64,000 bases of DNA from Mobula birostris (taxonomy: Eukaryota), in the NCBI RefSeq assembly GCF_030028105.1, contig NC_092398.1, forward strand, positions 25,559,649 through 25,623,648. Reading direction: 5' to 3'. Position numbers and translations under genes: made by a program. Shown here one piece after another: positions 49,613 to 62,869 of the stretch. The notes beneath the pieces were generated by a model that was given only the letters and a program-made list of their open reading frames with translations, was not told where the DNA came from and made no database searches. The stretch's first letter is position 1. Every line of letters begins with the position of its first letter.

Positions 49613-51301
49613 GTACTTCTTCTTATAGATGCTGCCTGGACTGCTGCATTCCACCAGCATTTTGTGTGTGTTAATTGAATTTCCAGCATCTGCAGATTTT
49701 CTTGTGTTTGCATTTTTAGAATCACATACATTTTATTTTACTTATTAATTGAAGGGCATAATTAAATACAGCACAACAAAGAAAATCTTGCTAGTTTCGT
49801 AAACTTTTTCTTGTCTGTCTTTATTACGAATCCATTGCCTGTAAACACCATCCAGTTGAAAGATACTTTTTAGCCCTGATCAGATCATCTAAATGTTCCA
49901 CTTGTAGTCTGTTCCCAGATTTACATATGATTTAATTCATAAAACTGAATCCACGTTCGCAGTGAGCACTAAAGAAAATTCCAGCTGTGCAGCTACGAAG
50001 GCTATGTGAGCGGGAGCATTTCAGTAACTGCGCGGCCACACATCTGGACGGCTTAGATGGAACAGGGATAGGGTGTCGAGCAGATGGATTCAGAAGGGTG
50101 GCTACAGAGAATGGGAGTGATGTGTGGGTGCGCAGGGAGGGGGGAGAGGGCATGAACTGACAAGGGTGGGTGCATTAGGTGTTGAGAAGGTAGATACAGA
50201 GGGTGGGGTGAAGAATGGTGCAGAGGGTGGAAAGAATGAGACAGTTGCAGAGCATGGGATTCAGGTGTGGGTGCATTGAGTGTGTGTGTTACTGGGTGGT
50301 GCAGGGGTTGGAAGGTGATTACAGATGGTGGGACTGAAGGGTTGGAGTACTGGTTGAAGCTAACCAGGTCTGTGCAAAGTGTGAGCAGGTAAATATGGAG
50401 TGAGTGATGAGTGGGGGTGCTGAGGTTAAGGGGGTGGTTTCAGATATTTGTGCTGAAGGGGTGTGTGTGAGGAGGCTGTGCAGACTGATCCTCGGGGGTG
50501 AAGAAATGGGTTCAATAGGTGGGGGGGGGGGGAACGTCTACTCAGACCATGAGAGGTCTGCGTCCGGCATTTTTCATGTCTTACAAGGCGCAGATTGGAA
50601 GTCTGTGTGGGACGCCACTCCTCGCACAGACTAGAGCAATGTGTGATCAAGTGCCTTGCTCAAGAGCACAAACACGCTGCCGCAGCTGAGGCTCGAACTA
50701 GAAACCTTGAGGTAGCTAGACGAACGCCTTAACCACTTGGCCACATGCCCATCATGCAATAGGTGAGAGGGAATAAATGGAAGGAGGAATTGGTTTATGA
50801 TGGGGGATTGTTATCAAGGTGCCTGGGGGATTAGAGGGAAATGTGTGTGGGAGGGACAAATGCGAGGAGATGGCTTTGGGTGTCACTTAAATGGAGGGAA
50901 TTTATGGAGATGGCTTTTGCCTCTCCTCCACCTCCTTCTTAATCTTGCTCACTTTGATCCCCCTCATTTCCATCTTGCCAAATCCTGAACAGCATACTTA
51001 GGGTGAATGTGCAGTCTTTTTCCCAGCGATGGGGAATCAAGAACTAGAGAGTGTGGGTTTAAAATGAGAGGAAAGAGATTCACTATGAGCCTGAGGTGCA
51101 ACTTTTTCACCCAGAGGGTGGTCAGTATCGGAATCAGTTTAAATTATAAGTTTCATATAGGACACAATGAGAGAGTAAGCGATTTCAAGTCCTGGGTGTC
51201 AAGATCTCTGAGGACCTAACCTGGTCCCAACATATTGAGCAACACACATCAAAGTTGCTGGTGAACGCAGCAGGCCAGGCAGCATCTCTAGGAAGAGGTA
51301 C

Positions 51302-51333
51302 AGTCGACGTTTCGGGCCGAGACCCTTCGTCAG
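51302..51333 (-). ncRNA. Hammerhead core with the 5' stem I strand lost
   Basis: Minus strand CTGACGAAGGGTCTCGGCCCGAAACGTCGACT; the repeat is truncated right at the core. Confidence 0.55.
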
Positions 51334-53759
51334 TCCTGAAAACATGAACACTGCCTCACTTCTTTTAAATATATATTTTTAATCGATTCAATATACACAT
51401 ATACTTACTGTAATTGATTTACTTGGTTATTTAAATTTCCTTCTCTAAAATCATTTATTGCCGCTGCTAATATACGCCGGTGAAAATAAACCTGATTCTG
51501 ATCATTTGTAGTTTTACAGCGGCAGTACGGTGCATAGACCATAAATTAGTGCAAAAAAAGAGAACAGTGTTCATGGATTCATGAACTGTTCCGAAATCTG
51601 ATGGCAGAAGCTGGCTCTTCAGCCTCCTGAAGCTCATCCCGACGATTGTAATGAGAAGAGGGCTTGTCCCAGTTGGAGAACTATGTGTGTATACATCCGT
51701 ATAGAACATAGAATAGTACAGCACAGTACAGGCCCTTCGGTCCACAATGTAGTGCCGACCCTCAATCCTTGCCTCCCATATAAGCCTCCACCTTAAATTC
51801 CTCCATATGCCTGTCTAGTAGTCTCTTAAATTTCACTATTATATGTACTAGTACTAGTGAACTAGTGTACTAGTACTAGTACGAGTATATCATATACTAG
51901 TATAGTATATGATCTGTATATGGTCACTCCTCTGACGAATCTGCTCTTTCAATACATGTTCGAGATCCTCATTTTTCACTTTAAGCAGTGTTTTCTATTT
52001 TTCATTAAGTTCTGATCATCACATATGTGAGGTCACTTCTCAGAGCTGTCTGTGGTGTGCAGAGACCTGCACATTGTCTGGGAACCTTCCCTGCACCTCG
52101 TGGAATTTTCCATCCGTGACATCATGTCAGCACTAAAAAAAATAAGGATTTCAGAGGTTTCAGATACTGGAATTTCAGATAAGATGTCCTCGACCTTTAT
52201 TATGGGTAACATGAGAAGGCACAATTTTAAGGTGCTTGGAATTAGATACAGAGGAGATGTCAGGGGTAAGTTTTTTTACAAACAGTGCTGAGCGTGTGGA
52301 ATGGGCTGCTGGTGATGGTGGAGGAGGCAGAGAAAATAGGGTCTTTTAAGAGGCTCCTGGAGGTACATGGAGCTTAGAAAAATCGAGGGCTATAGGTAAC
52401 ACGAGGTAATATCTAAAGTAAGTACATGTTAGGCACAGCATTGTGGGCCGAAGGGCCTGTATTGTGCTGTAGGTTTTCGATGTTTCTATTATTATTTGTT
52501 TTTTTTGTATGTATTTGCACAGTCTGTCTTCTTTTGCAGATTGGTTGTCTGTAGTTTTTCATTGATTCTAATGTATTTCTTTGTTCTGCTGTGAATGCCC
52601 ACAAGAAAATGAATCTCAGGGAAGTATATGGTGACATATACGTACTTTGATAATAAATTAACTTTGAACTTTGAACTTTGATATATGAGGAATGGTTGGA
52701 TCTGCACTGAAAGGGACATCAAATTCCAGTTTACTGTCATCTGCACAAGTACACATGCGCACTCAGGAAATGAAAGATAATGAATAAATAATGTCATATA
52801 AGCAATGTTTACCAGAAAAACGTAAATCGCACACTATTTTTACAAGAAAGAACAGAATAACAAAACAAAGACTATTTTAGTGCAAAATGGTGAGAGTTCG
52901 TTCAACTCTCAAGATTGGGATTTTGTCAGCAGGTTTGAGAACACGTGGTTGAAGTGAAGGTGCTGTTCCTGAACCAGGTGACATGGGACTTCAAACTTCT
53001 ACACCCTCCTACCCCCTTCTATCAGTCAGAGGCTCGTACGAGTCCAGGGTTCAAGGCCTGGAGTTTGGGGTCCCGTGAAGGTGAATACCGCAGAATGGCA
53101 ACCCATAGGTCAAAGACCGAAGTCATTGGGTCCCAAAGTCTCGTTCTGATGTTTGACACCCTGGGTCGGCATGTCTGGAAGTCAGAGGCCTGATGTTAGC
53201 AAATGCACCAGAGGCGTCCTGTCCTGGGATTGGAGGCCTGTCTGTGTGGGTGGGTGGAAGAGAGGATAGGGCTTTGCGTCGCTGTCATCGTCATTGCTTG
53301 TGTTGTTCTGCTGAACATTGAGACCACGCGATGTTGGTGCCAGGATGTGTGGCGACACTTGCAGGCACGTCTTTAGGTTGTGTTGTTTGTTAATGCAAAT
53401 GGCGAGCTTCACTGTATGTTGCTATAACAAGAGAGCAATGAACGGTGGTGAACACAGGTGCAGAGTGCTGTCTAGAATACACCTAGACTCAGACTTAGAC
53501 ACAGACTCGAAATAACCAAGACGACACAAACAAACTCCAAAGGTGAAATCACAGAAATGGAACTCCTATGATTGAGCACAGAGTGCTCAGCACGAGGCCG
53601 TACAGAAATGTGGCATGCAATAATTGGCAGTCTGACTCAGGGACAGCGGCAGCCAACCATACTCCTTGGTCTCTCTGTTCTACAACCGACCTTTCCTCTA
53701 ATTCTTTTTACCACTGAGTGGACTAACCACTGCTCTGAAAACTACCTGGCACTTTAAAT

Positions 53760-54132
53760 GTTTTTTTTTAATATGAATATGACAGCATCAACATTCAGCA
53801 GACGGGCAGTTTATTAACAATGAGCTGCCGACTTCCATTCTGTGTTTATTGTTACAGTGTTGTAACTTGTTACATTGACAATGTAAATGCATTGAAGGTC
53901 TAAGATGTTTCAAAGTAAAGTTTGTGGTATGTTTATTATTTAGAAAATTAATAAACTCTTTTCATTAACATAATTAATTACAGGGTATTTCTCAATTATA
54001 TTAACATAGATTCCAAAATTATATTAACATTATATAAAAGAGAATTTCAGCTGCGCAGTAACAACGGCTATGTGCGCGGGAGCATTTCAGTTACTGCATG
54101 GTTGCACATCCACACAGGTTAGAGGGAACAGT
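53760..54132. mobile_element. hAT-like MITE (related copies at about 22430-22800 and 49740-50060)
   Basis: Shared gcgggagcatttcagt segment and a ttagagggaacagtg terminus resembling CAGTGTTCCCTCTAA TIRs. Confidence 0.6.
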
Positions 54133-54379
54133 GTCTACAACACTCACCAGGACTTGCCTGTTCACTGTGTATGCCCTGTCCTGGTTTGATCCATGAAAAT
54201 GTAACACCTTGCATTTATCTGAATTGAACTTCATCTGCCATTCCTGACAGATGTCAGGAGTAAGTGTATTGTAGCCTTGCCCTATAACGCCCTCTGCTGT
54301 TCACTCTCTCTTATTCAAGTTTATTGTCATGGGAACAGATGCACTGCTTATAAACACCAGTTCCTTAAGGTTGTTAAAG

Positions 54380-54900
54380 CCTGGGAAGGTAGTGGGAATG
54401 AGCTCTCAATGGTGCACAGCTCAAATAGCCTCTGACATCCAAGTCCAGCTCCTGGAACTTCACATGTGGCTTAGCTATTAAGCCCAGCAGAACCATTTCT
54501 ACTAACAGGGAAAAAGGCAAAGGTGGGTTATTGGTCCCGTAAAACTAACCGCTTCAGGCAGATGGGGCTCATCAGCTCCGGTTGGCATTCCATCGAAGAG
54601 AAGGAAAAGTCTGATCTCAAACCTCCGCTGCCTTCCATGGGGAAGGCTTTGGGAGTAAACCCCGAGGGAAAAATCCAGAGCCAGATAAGGCAGTCGACCG
54701 TTGAGTTCAACACTGACTAGCAACTCCTGCGATGCTGCTGGTGCCAAACTGTATCGGTCTCTGGCATTCCTTTGGCTTTATCAGCAGCATGGAGAGGGGG
54801 GAGTCTGTTGTGTCAGCAACGGCTTGCTCACCGTATCGTACTGCTCTGAGTTGTGTACCATCTTGTGTATCATGTAGACAGCTAGGACTCTGTGGTCAAC
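54380..54900 (+). mobile_element. RTE 5' UTR-derived non-autonomous element (second copy at about 57040-57590)
   Basis: The two copies are colinear and contain a gagaaggaaaa(g/c)tctga..tcaaacc motif resembling RTE 5' UTRs. No ORF. Confidence 0.55.
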
Positions 54901-55139
54901 CTGGACCAACAGAGGGACTCAATCAGTATAAATACCATCAAAATCAATTTTTTCCAGCAGCAGAAGTGTACATCACAAACAAAGGTTAATCTAAACTGTG
55001 TAATTAACATAATCAGGAACTGCACAATATCGTAGCAGATAGCACAATTGCTCTATAGTGCCAGTGACTATTGATCGGGGTTTGATTCCCACTGATGTCT
55101 GTATGTTTGATGTCTGACTTCGAATGTTCTCCCCGTGAC

Positions 55140-55740
55140 CATCAGACCATAAGATATAGGAACAGAGGTAGGCCATTCAGCCCATCGAGTCTGCTCCACC
55201 ATTCTATCATGGGCTGATGCAATTCTACCAGTCATCCCCACTTCCCTGCCTTCTCCCCATACCCTTTGATGCCCTGGCTAAACAGGAACCGATCTATCGC
55301 TGCCTTAAATGTACCCAGTGACTTGGCCTCCACAGCTGCTCTTGGCAACAAATTCCACAGATTTACCACCCTCAGACTAAAGTAATTTCCCCGCATCTCA
55401 GTTCTAAATGGACGTCTTTCAATCCTGAAGTCATCCCCTCTTGTCCTAGAATCCCCTACCATGGGAAATAACTTTGCCATATCTAATCTGTTCAGGCCTT
55501 TTAACATTTGGAATGTTTCTATGAGATCCCCCCCTCACCCCCCTCATTCTGCTGAACTCCAGGGAATACAGCCCAAGGGCTGCGAGACGTTCCTCAAACA
55601 GTAACCCTTTCATTCCTGGAATCATTCTCGTGAATCTTCTCTGAACCCGCTACAATGTCAGTATATCCTTTCTATAATAAGGAGCCCAAAACTGCACGCA
55701 ATACTCCAAGTGTGGTCTCACGAGTGCCTTATAGAGCCTC
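55140..55740 (-). mobile_element. CR1 3' end
   Basis: LKGLNRLDMAKLFPMVGDSRTRG ORF remnant and accataag tail. Confidence 0.85.
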
Positions 55741-58700
55741 AATATCACCTCCGGGTGATGTTTCCTCCGGGTGCTCCAGATTCCTCCCACATTCCAAAGA
55801 CGTACAGGTTAGAGTTAGTGAGTCATGCTCACGTTATGTTGGCACTGAAAGTGTGGTGACGTTTATGTTCAGCGTCCAGCACACTTGTTGATAATTTGAT
55901 TTGACACAGTTTTCACTGCTGTCAGTCATGCAAATCCTCAGGAATACTGTCACACTCAGACGTAGAAGGATGCTTCGTTGCTGTTTGCATAACAATATTG
56001 TTTGACCAGTCAGGTTTATTGGCCCTGAGCTGAACCCCCTGAACCTGGAGGACTGGTGGACCACTCTTAATCTGGCCTCTACCCTTTGACCTGTATGGCA
56101 CGGCTGACCCTACCAAGAGCCAAAGCGTAAAGCCCGGACTCCAGCCAACATAGCTCTCCAGCTCTAAACCGTACCGCAAGATTGTGGTCCTCTTGGACGT
56201 GTGTTCAATTTTGGTCACCTCATTATAGGAAGGATGTGGAAGGAGAGAGTGCAGAGGAGATTCAGCAGAATACTACCTGGACCAGGAGACATGTGTCATG
56301 AGGATAAGTTAAACGAGCTAGGGATTTTCTCTTCAGAGTGAACAAGGATGAGAGGCATAGATCGGGTGGACAGGCAGAAACTTTTCCCAGAGCGGAAATG
56401 ACTAAGATAGGCATAATTTTTAGATGATTGGAGGAAAGGAGAAGAGCTTTTCAGAGGCAAGTTCTTTACACAGAGTGGTGCGTGCACAAAACGCCCTGCC
56501 AGGGGTGGTAGAGGCAGATATATTAGGGGCATTTAAGAGACTCAGATAGGCACATGGATGATAGAGAAAATGCAGGGCTATGTAGGAGGGAAGGGTTAGT
56601 TTGATCTTGGAGGAAGTTAAAAGGTTGTGGGCCGAATGGCCTGTGCTGTGTTATATGTCCTATGGCTTTCATTGCACCTACACAGATAACAGTACGCTCA
56701 ATCTTGATGTCTTTCTCTCTCTCTCTCAAGTGCAGACCCTAACTGGTCATACCTTCCCTTATATATCAATCCCTTCATCTCCAGAACTCACCCTGAAAAC
56801 GAATTCTGCATTAAGGACCAAGATCAGAACTGTACACAGTACACCAGGCATGGTCTTACCAACATCCTTATAAACATTCATCTGTGCTTCCATATGCCAA
56901 ATCCCTCACAATAGAGGCCATCGTTCTATTTGATCTAGTTCCAGTTTACTGTCATTCAACCATACACCTATATACAACTAAAGTAAAGATCGTTCCTCTG
57001 GGACCAAGATGGAAAACACATAAAGTCACTTAAGATTGTTATAGCCGAGTGTGGTGATGTGGACAAGCTCCCACTAGCTATTAGATGTTCCCGATGGTGT
57101 GCACCTCAAATAGCCTCTGACAACCAAGTCCAGCTCCTGACCTTCATGTGTGGTTTAGCTACGAAGCTCGGCGGAAATGTTTCTACTGACAGGGGATGGA
57201 GCAAAGGCAGATTACTGATTCCTTAGTACCAATTGCTCTGGGCATATGGAACTCACCAGCTGTGGTTGGCATCTCATCTCAGAGAAAGGTAAACTCTGAC
57301 CTCAAACCTTCGCTGCATTCCGGCCGTACCCACTCACGGGGAAGTCTTAGGGAGTAAATCCCGAGAGAAAAATCCGGAGCTGGAGTCCCTCAGGCATTGA
57401 GGTCAACACTGACTGGCAACTCCTGCGACACTGCTGGTACCAAACTGTATCGGTCTCTGCCGTTCCTTTGGGTTCATCAGATGCGAGGAGAGGGGGAGCT
57501 TGTCACATGGGCAGCAACTTGCTCTCCAGATCGTACTGCCCTGGCTTGTGTATCTAGACAGCTGGGACTGACATAGGCCTGAACGTACATTCACAAAATG
57601 ATATTAGCACAGGTCCGAGTGGCCTGTCCTGAACACTGACAGGTTGCCATGAGGTGTGAGCTGCATCGTTACCGAAGACAGCGTAATGTTACTGGCTGTA
57701 TTATAATGAAACAAGTAGTCGTATCAGTACGTGAAATACCAGTAATTAAAGGTGAAAAGTGACCAGGAGATTCACACAGGGTGTACCTGTATGCTGGGTG
57801 TCAGCAGGGTGTTACAAGTCTAACAGCACGGGGAAAGAAGCTATAACTCAACCTGTCAGTCCTGGTCCTCCTGCAGTGGTACATTCTCCCTGACGGCAGG
57901 AGATCAACGGGATTGTGGGAAGGATGGGAGCGTCTTTGACAAAGCTGAAAGCACTGTTATGCAGGACCTCTGACATATGTCCGGAATGGGGGTGGGGGTT
58001 TGTGGGGAGAGAGAGAGGGAAAGAGAGAAGGAGAGACAGAGGAGAGAGAAAGAGAGAGAGGGGAGAGAGAGAGAGAGTGAGAGAGAGGGCAGAGAGAGAG
58101 TGAAAGAGAGGGTAGAGAGCAGGGTGGTGGGAAGGGAGAGCGGGTAGACAGAGAGAGCAAGGGGAGGGGGAGAGGGGGAGGGGGAAGAGGGAGGAAGAGG
58201 GAGGAAGAGAGGGAGACAGAGATGTTATATTTTGTATCTAAGCTAATTAAACTAATTCAAAAAGATGTGGGTCTAACTTCAAGATTAGTTTAAGCGAGGC
58301 CCGCACGTATCATGTGATCACGTGATGACGTATGTAATTCATGTACTTCTACATTTCAAGTTTCTAAATACATTTATTGTCAAAGAATGTATGAATTATA
58401 CAATCTTAAAATTTGTTTGCATATAGAAACGTATAACCAGAAATTAATTATTTAAATGAACAAGAATGCTTAATCAAACAATATAAATATCTACAAGATT
58501 ATTCCAATATTATTGAAACATTAAATGCACACTGGAGACCTCAATGCTTTCATCAGCAGTCCTCACTACATGATGTACGATCTTATGACCTGCAGTAGTG
58601 CAGTTCCCGTACCAGGTGATGCTGCTAGTCAGGACGTGGTTCTCCGGGGGAAGTGTGCGGGGCGAGGGTGGGGGAGGTTTTGTAATTGCTTACTGTATCT

Positions 58701-58939
58701 GCAAACTAACCTTTCAAGTTGCATTTACTAGTCCCTTGTACTGGGACATCTTGTAAAAATGTACTTTCAATTTCTTCATTGTGACATGGATAACCACGTA
58801 CTTTCCCACTATTATTCTCCATCTGTCAATTTCCTGCTCACCCAATTAACCTGTCATTGGCATGGAACCGAACACTCCTAACCAAAGGGAAAGTCAGGGT
58901 GTGCTCAATTCTTAGTCACAACACAGGAGTGTTTAATAG

Positions 58940-59515
58940 CCTGGTGAGACCACACCTGGAATATTGTGTACAGTTTTGGTCTCCAAATTTGAGGAAGGAC
59001 ATTCTAGCTATTGAGGGAGTGCAGCGTAGGTTCACGAGGTTAACTCCCGGGTGGAGGGACTGTCATCTGTTGAAGATTTGAGCGACTGGGGTTGTATACA
59101 TTGGAAGTTACGAGGATGAGAGGGGATCTGATTGAAAAAATATAAGATTATTAAGGGATTGGACATGCTAGAGGCAGGAAACATATTCCCGATGTTGGGG
59201 GAGTCGAGAACCAGAGGCCACAGTTTAAGAAGTAGGGGTAGACAATTTAGAACGGAGTTGAGGAAAAACTTTTTCACACAGAGGGTTGTGGTTCTGTGGA
59301 ATGTTCTGCCTCAGAAGGCATAGAGGCCAATTCTCTGGATTATTTCAAAAAAGAGTTAGAACTTTTAAAGATGGCGGAGTGAAGGGATACGGGGAGAAGA
59401 CAGGAAAAGGGTACTGATTGTGGATGATCAGCCATGATCACAGTGAATAGTGGTGCTGGCTCGAGGGGCTGAATGGCCTACTCCTGCACCTATTGTCTAT
59501 TGTCTATTGTCTATT
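58940..59515 (+). mobile_element. CR1 3' end with (ctattgt)n tail
   Basis: [15 protein letters not shown] motif and CR1 3' terminus. Confidence 0.9.
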
Positions 59516-59519
59516 GTAA

Positions 59520-60800
59520 CTGTTGACTGCAATTTTCCCCTATCATCAGCCTCTCCTTGCTAGGAGTCTCACTCCACGTTGCCTCTGTTTGTAAACCAAC
59601 TACCACATCTTCAGCACTATCACTTTCGTTCCCATCTCCTTGCCAATTTAGTTTAAATCCACCCAAACAACTCCAGCCAACCTGCCCGCAAGGATATTGA
59701 ACCCCTCGGGTTCAGGTGTAACCTGTTCCTTTTGTACAGGTCATACCTTCCACAAAAGAGATCCCAATGATCTAAAACCCTGCACCCTGTATCAATTCTT
59801 CAGCCACGCATTCACCTGCCAAATCATCCTATTCTTACCTTCACTGGCGCGTGGCGCGGACAGCAATCCAGAGATTATTACACCGGAGGTCCTGTTTTTT
59901 CAGCTTTCTATGTAACTCCCTAAAAACTCTCTTCAGGACCTCTTCACCTGCTGTACCGGGGTCATCGGTGCCAATATGTACCAGGACTTCTGGCTGTTCA
60001 GCCTCGCCCTTGAGAATGGCATGGATACGATCCGAGTTATTCCTGGCACCAGGAAGGCAACATACCATCTGGGTGTCTATCACGGCCACAGAACCTTGTC
60101 TCTGTTCCTCTGACTAAGGAATCTCCTATCACCACTGCAGTCCTCTTCACCTTTCTACTCTACTGAGCCACAACAGCAGACTCAGAGCCAGAGACCCAGT
60201 CACTGTGGCTTCCCCGTAAGGTCATCCTCCTCAATAGTATCTAAAGTTATATATTATTTTTGAGGAGAACGGCCACAAGTGTACTCTGCACTGGCTGTGA
60301 ATTTCCCTTCTTTCTCCTGACAGTCATCCAGTTACCCGTCTCCTGCAATCTCGCGGTGACTACCTCCCTGTAGCTCCTGTCTACAACCTCCTCATTCCCC
60401 CTATGAGTCGAAGGTCATCGAGCTGCAGCTCTAATTCCTTAACACATTCTCTGAAGAGCTGCTGCTCAGTGCAACTGGTGCAGATGTGTGTATCTAGGAG
60501 ACTGGAGGTCTCCCAGACTTCCCACATCCCACACATAGTACAGACCACTGCCCCTGGAGCCATTCTCACTGTACTATACACTAACAGATGAGGAACGAAC
60601 AAACAAGAACAGAGGGAGAATAACTAACAGGACAATTTTACCTCACCCCTGCCTGATCTCTTAGCCACTCTAAAGACTGCACACTCCAAACAATGGCCGC
60701 TCCACTTGCACTTCAATTATTCTATTGGCCCTTTCTAATGAATTCCTCTTGCTGATTGGTCACTCCACAACTCAGAGAAACCGCCACAAATCTCTGCCTT
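59520..60800 (-). mobile_element. CR1 5' part: ORF1 (Cys-rich N-terminus plus SGNH esterase-like domain)
   Basis: MAPGAVVCTMCGMWEV...HICTSC...ELELQLDDLRLI and VCCLPGAR...QPEVLVHIGTDD motifs. Confidence 0.85.
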
Positions 60801-60839
60801 TAAAATCTTGATCGTCGCCCTAATTAAAAAGTAATTCTT

Positions 60840-62060
60840 TTATTGCATCCACTGTCCAGCACACCCTCTTTTTTAATAACTACATGCTCAAGCTTTTCAG
60901 TCCGCTGTAACTCATTCCTACAATTGCCAAGATCCTTTTCTATAGTGAATACTGAAGCAAAGTATTCATTAAGTACCTCTGCTGTCTCCTTGGTTCCATA
61001 CACACTTTTCTACTGCCACACTTGATGGGTCCTATTCTTTCACATCTTATCCTCTTGCTCTTCACATACCTGTAGAATGCCTTGGAGTTTTCCTTAATCC
61101 TGTCTGCCAAGGCCTTCTCCTGGCCCCTTCTGGCTCTCCTAATTCCATTCTTAAATCCTTCCTGCTAGCCTTATAATCTTCTAGATCTCTATCATTACCT
61201 AGTTTTTCTTAACCTTTCGCAAGCTTTTCTTTACTCCTTGACTAGATTTACAACAGTCTTTGTAGACCACGGTTCCTGTACCCTACCATCCTTTCCCTGT
61301 CTCATTGGAAAGTACCTATGCAGAACCCCACGCAAATATCCCCTGAGCATTTGCCATATTTCTTCTGTACGTTTCTCTGAGAACATTGTTTCTAATTTAT
61401 GCTTCAAAATTCCTGCCTGATAGCCTCATATTTCCCCTTACTTAAATTAAATGTTTCTCTAACTTGTCTGTTCCTATCCCTCTCCAATGCTCTGGTAAAG
61501 GAGAAAGAATTGTGATCATTATCTCCAAAATACTCTCCCACTGAGAGATCTGACACCTGACCAGGTTCATTTCCCAATACCAATCAAGTACAGCTTCTCT
61601 TCTTGTAGGCTTATCTACATATTATGTCAAGAAACCTTCCTGAACACACCTAACATACTCCACCCCATCTAAACCCCTCACTCTAGGGACATGCCAATCA
61701 ATCTTTGGGAAATTAAAATCTCCCACCATAACAACCCTGTTATTATTACACCTTTGCAGAATATGCCTCCCTATCTGCTCTTCGATGTCCCTGTAAAAAA
61801 CACCCAGTAGAGTTAATGATCACTTCCTATTCCTAACTTTCACCCACAGAGACTCTGTAGACAACCCCTCCATGACTTCCTCCTTTTCTGCAGCTGTGAC
61901 AATATCCCTGATCAACAGTGCCACGTCCCCAACTCTTTTGCCTCCCTCCCTGTCATTTCTGAAACATCTAAAGCCTGGCACTTGACGTAGCCATTCCTGC
62001 CCCTGCACCATCCACAACACCATAGCTCCAAGTGCTGATCCACACTCTAAGCTCATCTGC
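60840..62060 (-). mobile_element. CR1 ORF2 endonuclease-region fragment (separate copy)
   Basis: GFRCFRNDREGGKRVGDVALLIRD and LSTESLWVKVRNRK. Confidence 0.8.
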
Positions 62061-62869
62061 TTTTTAAGAGACTCCTAGACAGGTACATGGCGCTCAGAAA
62101 AATAGAGGGCTATGGGTAATCCTAGGTAATTTCTAAGGTAAGGACATGTTCAGCAGAGCTTTGTGGGCTGAAGGGCCTGTATTGTGCTGTCAGTTTTCTC
62201 TGCTCTATGTTCTATGAAGCCCACAAGGAGTTTGTCTATTGAACCAAACCGGCCCTGACATGCCAACCTTTTCAGTCTGGCTCAGCGCCTAAATCATCAT
62301 TCAAATATCATGTTCGGTCACATCGATACGCTCTCAGACCTGGAACCCGCTGCCTCCATTTGGCCTGTGCCCGTGCTTTCCCGTTTGGCCTAGTGCTTAA
62401 ATCGATAGACCCTCGGATCTTCCTCCCCTTTTCTCGCTTTTACCACACTGAATTGCCTCCAAGTCCAAGGGGAAGCTGCAGCCCTATTGTTTGTGGTGAT
62501 CGCTTTTACCAGGAAAAGAGCGATTAACACAAGTGTTTAGTTGTTTCCCTTGTCTCATCAGCCACCAGCCAGAAGTCGCTGACATTCACCAGCACCATCT
62601 TAACCCTGGAGTTATCATGCTCAGTTTTGGGCACCCTGCTATTGGAGAGAGGTGATTTAATTGGAACAAGTGCATAAAACAACTACAAAAATGTTGGCAG
62701 GACTTGAGGGACTGTGTTACCGGGAGAGGTCGGACAGGCTGGGACTTATTCCTCGGAGTGTAGGAGACCGAGGGCTGACATTGTAGAGGTGTATAAAATC
62801 AGGCAGGGGAATGGGGTTGAGAGGAGTAATGAATCAGCCATGATGGAATATCACAGCAGACTCATAGAA

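Noticed and set aside
53572-53757. 61-aa ORF with moderately hydrophobic stretches
   Set aside because: No continuous TM segment and no supporting splice sites.
62409-62540. AAALLFVVIAFTRKRAINTSV* as the TM/cytoplasmic exon of gene B
   Set aside because: The hydrophobic stretch is too short, there is no class II Gly pattern and no suitable phase-1 acceptor.
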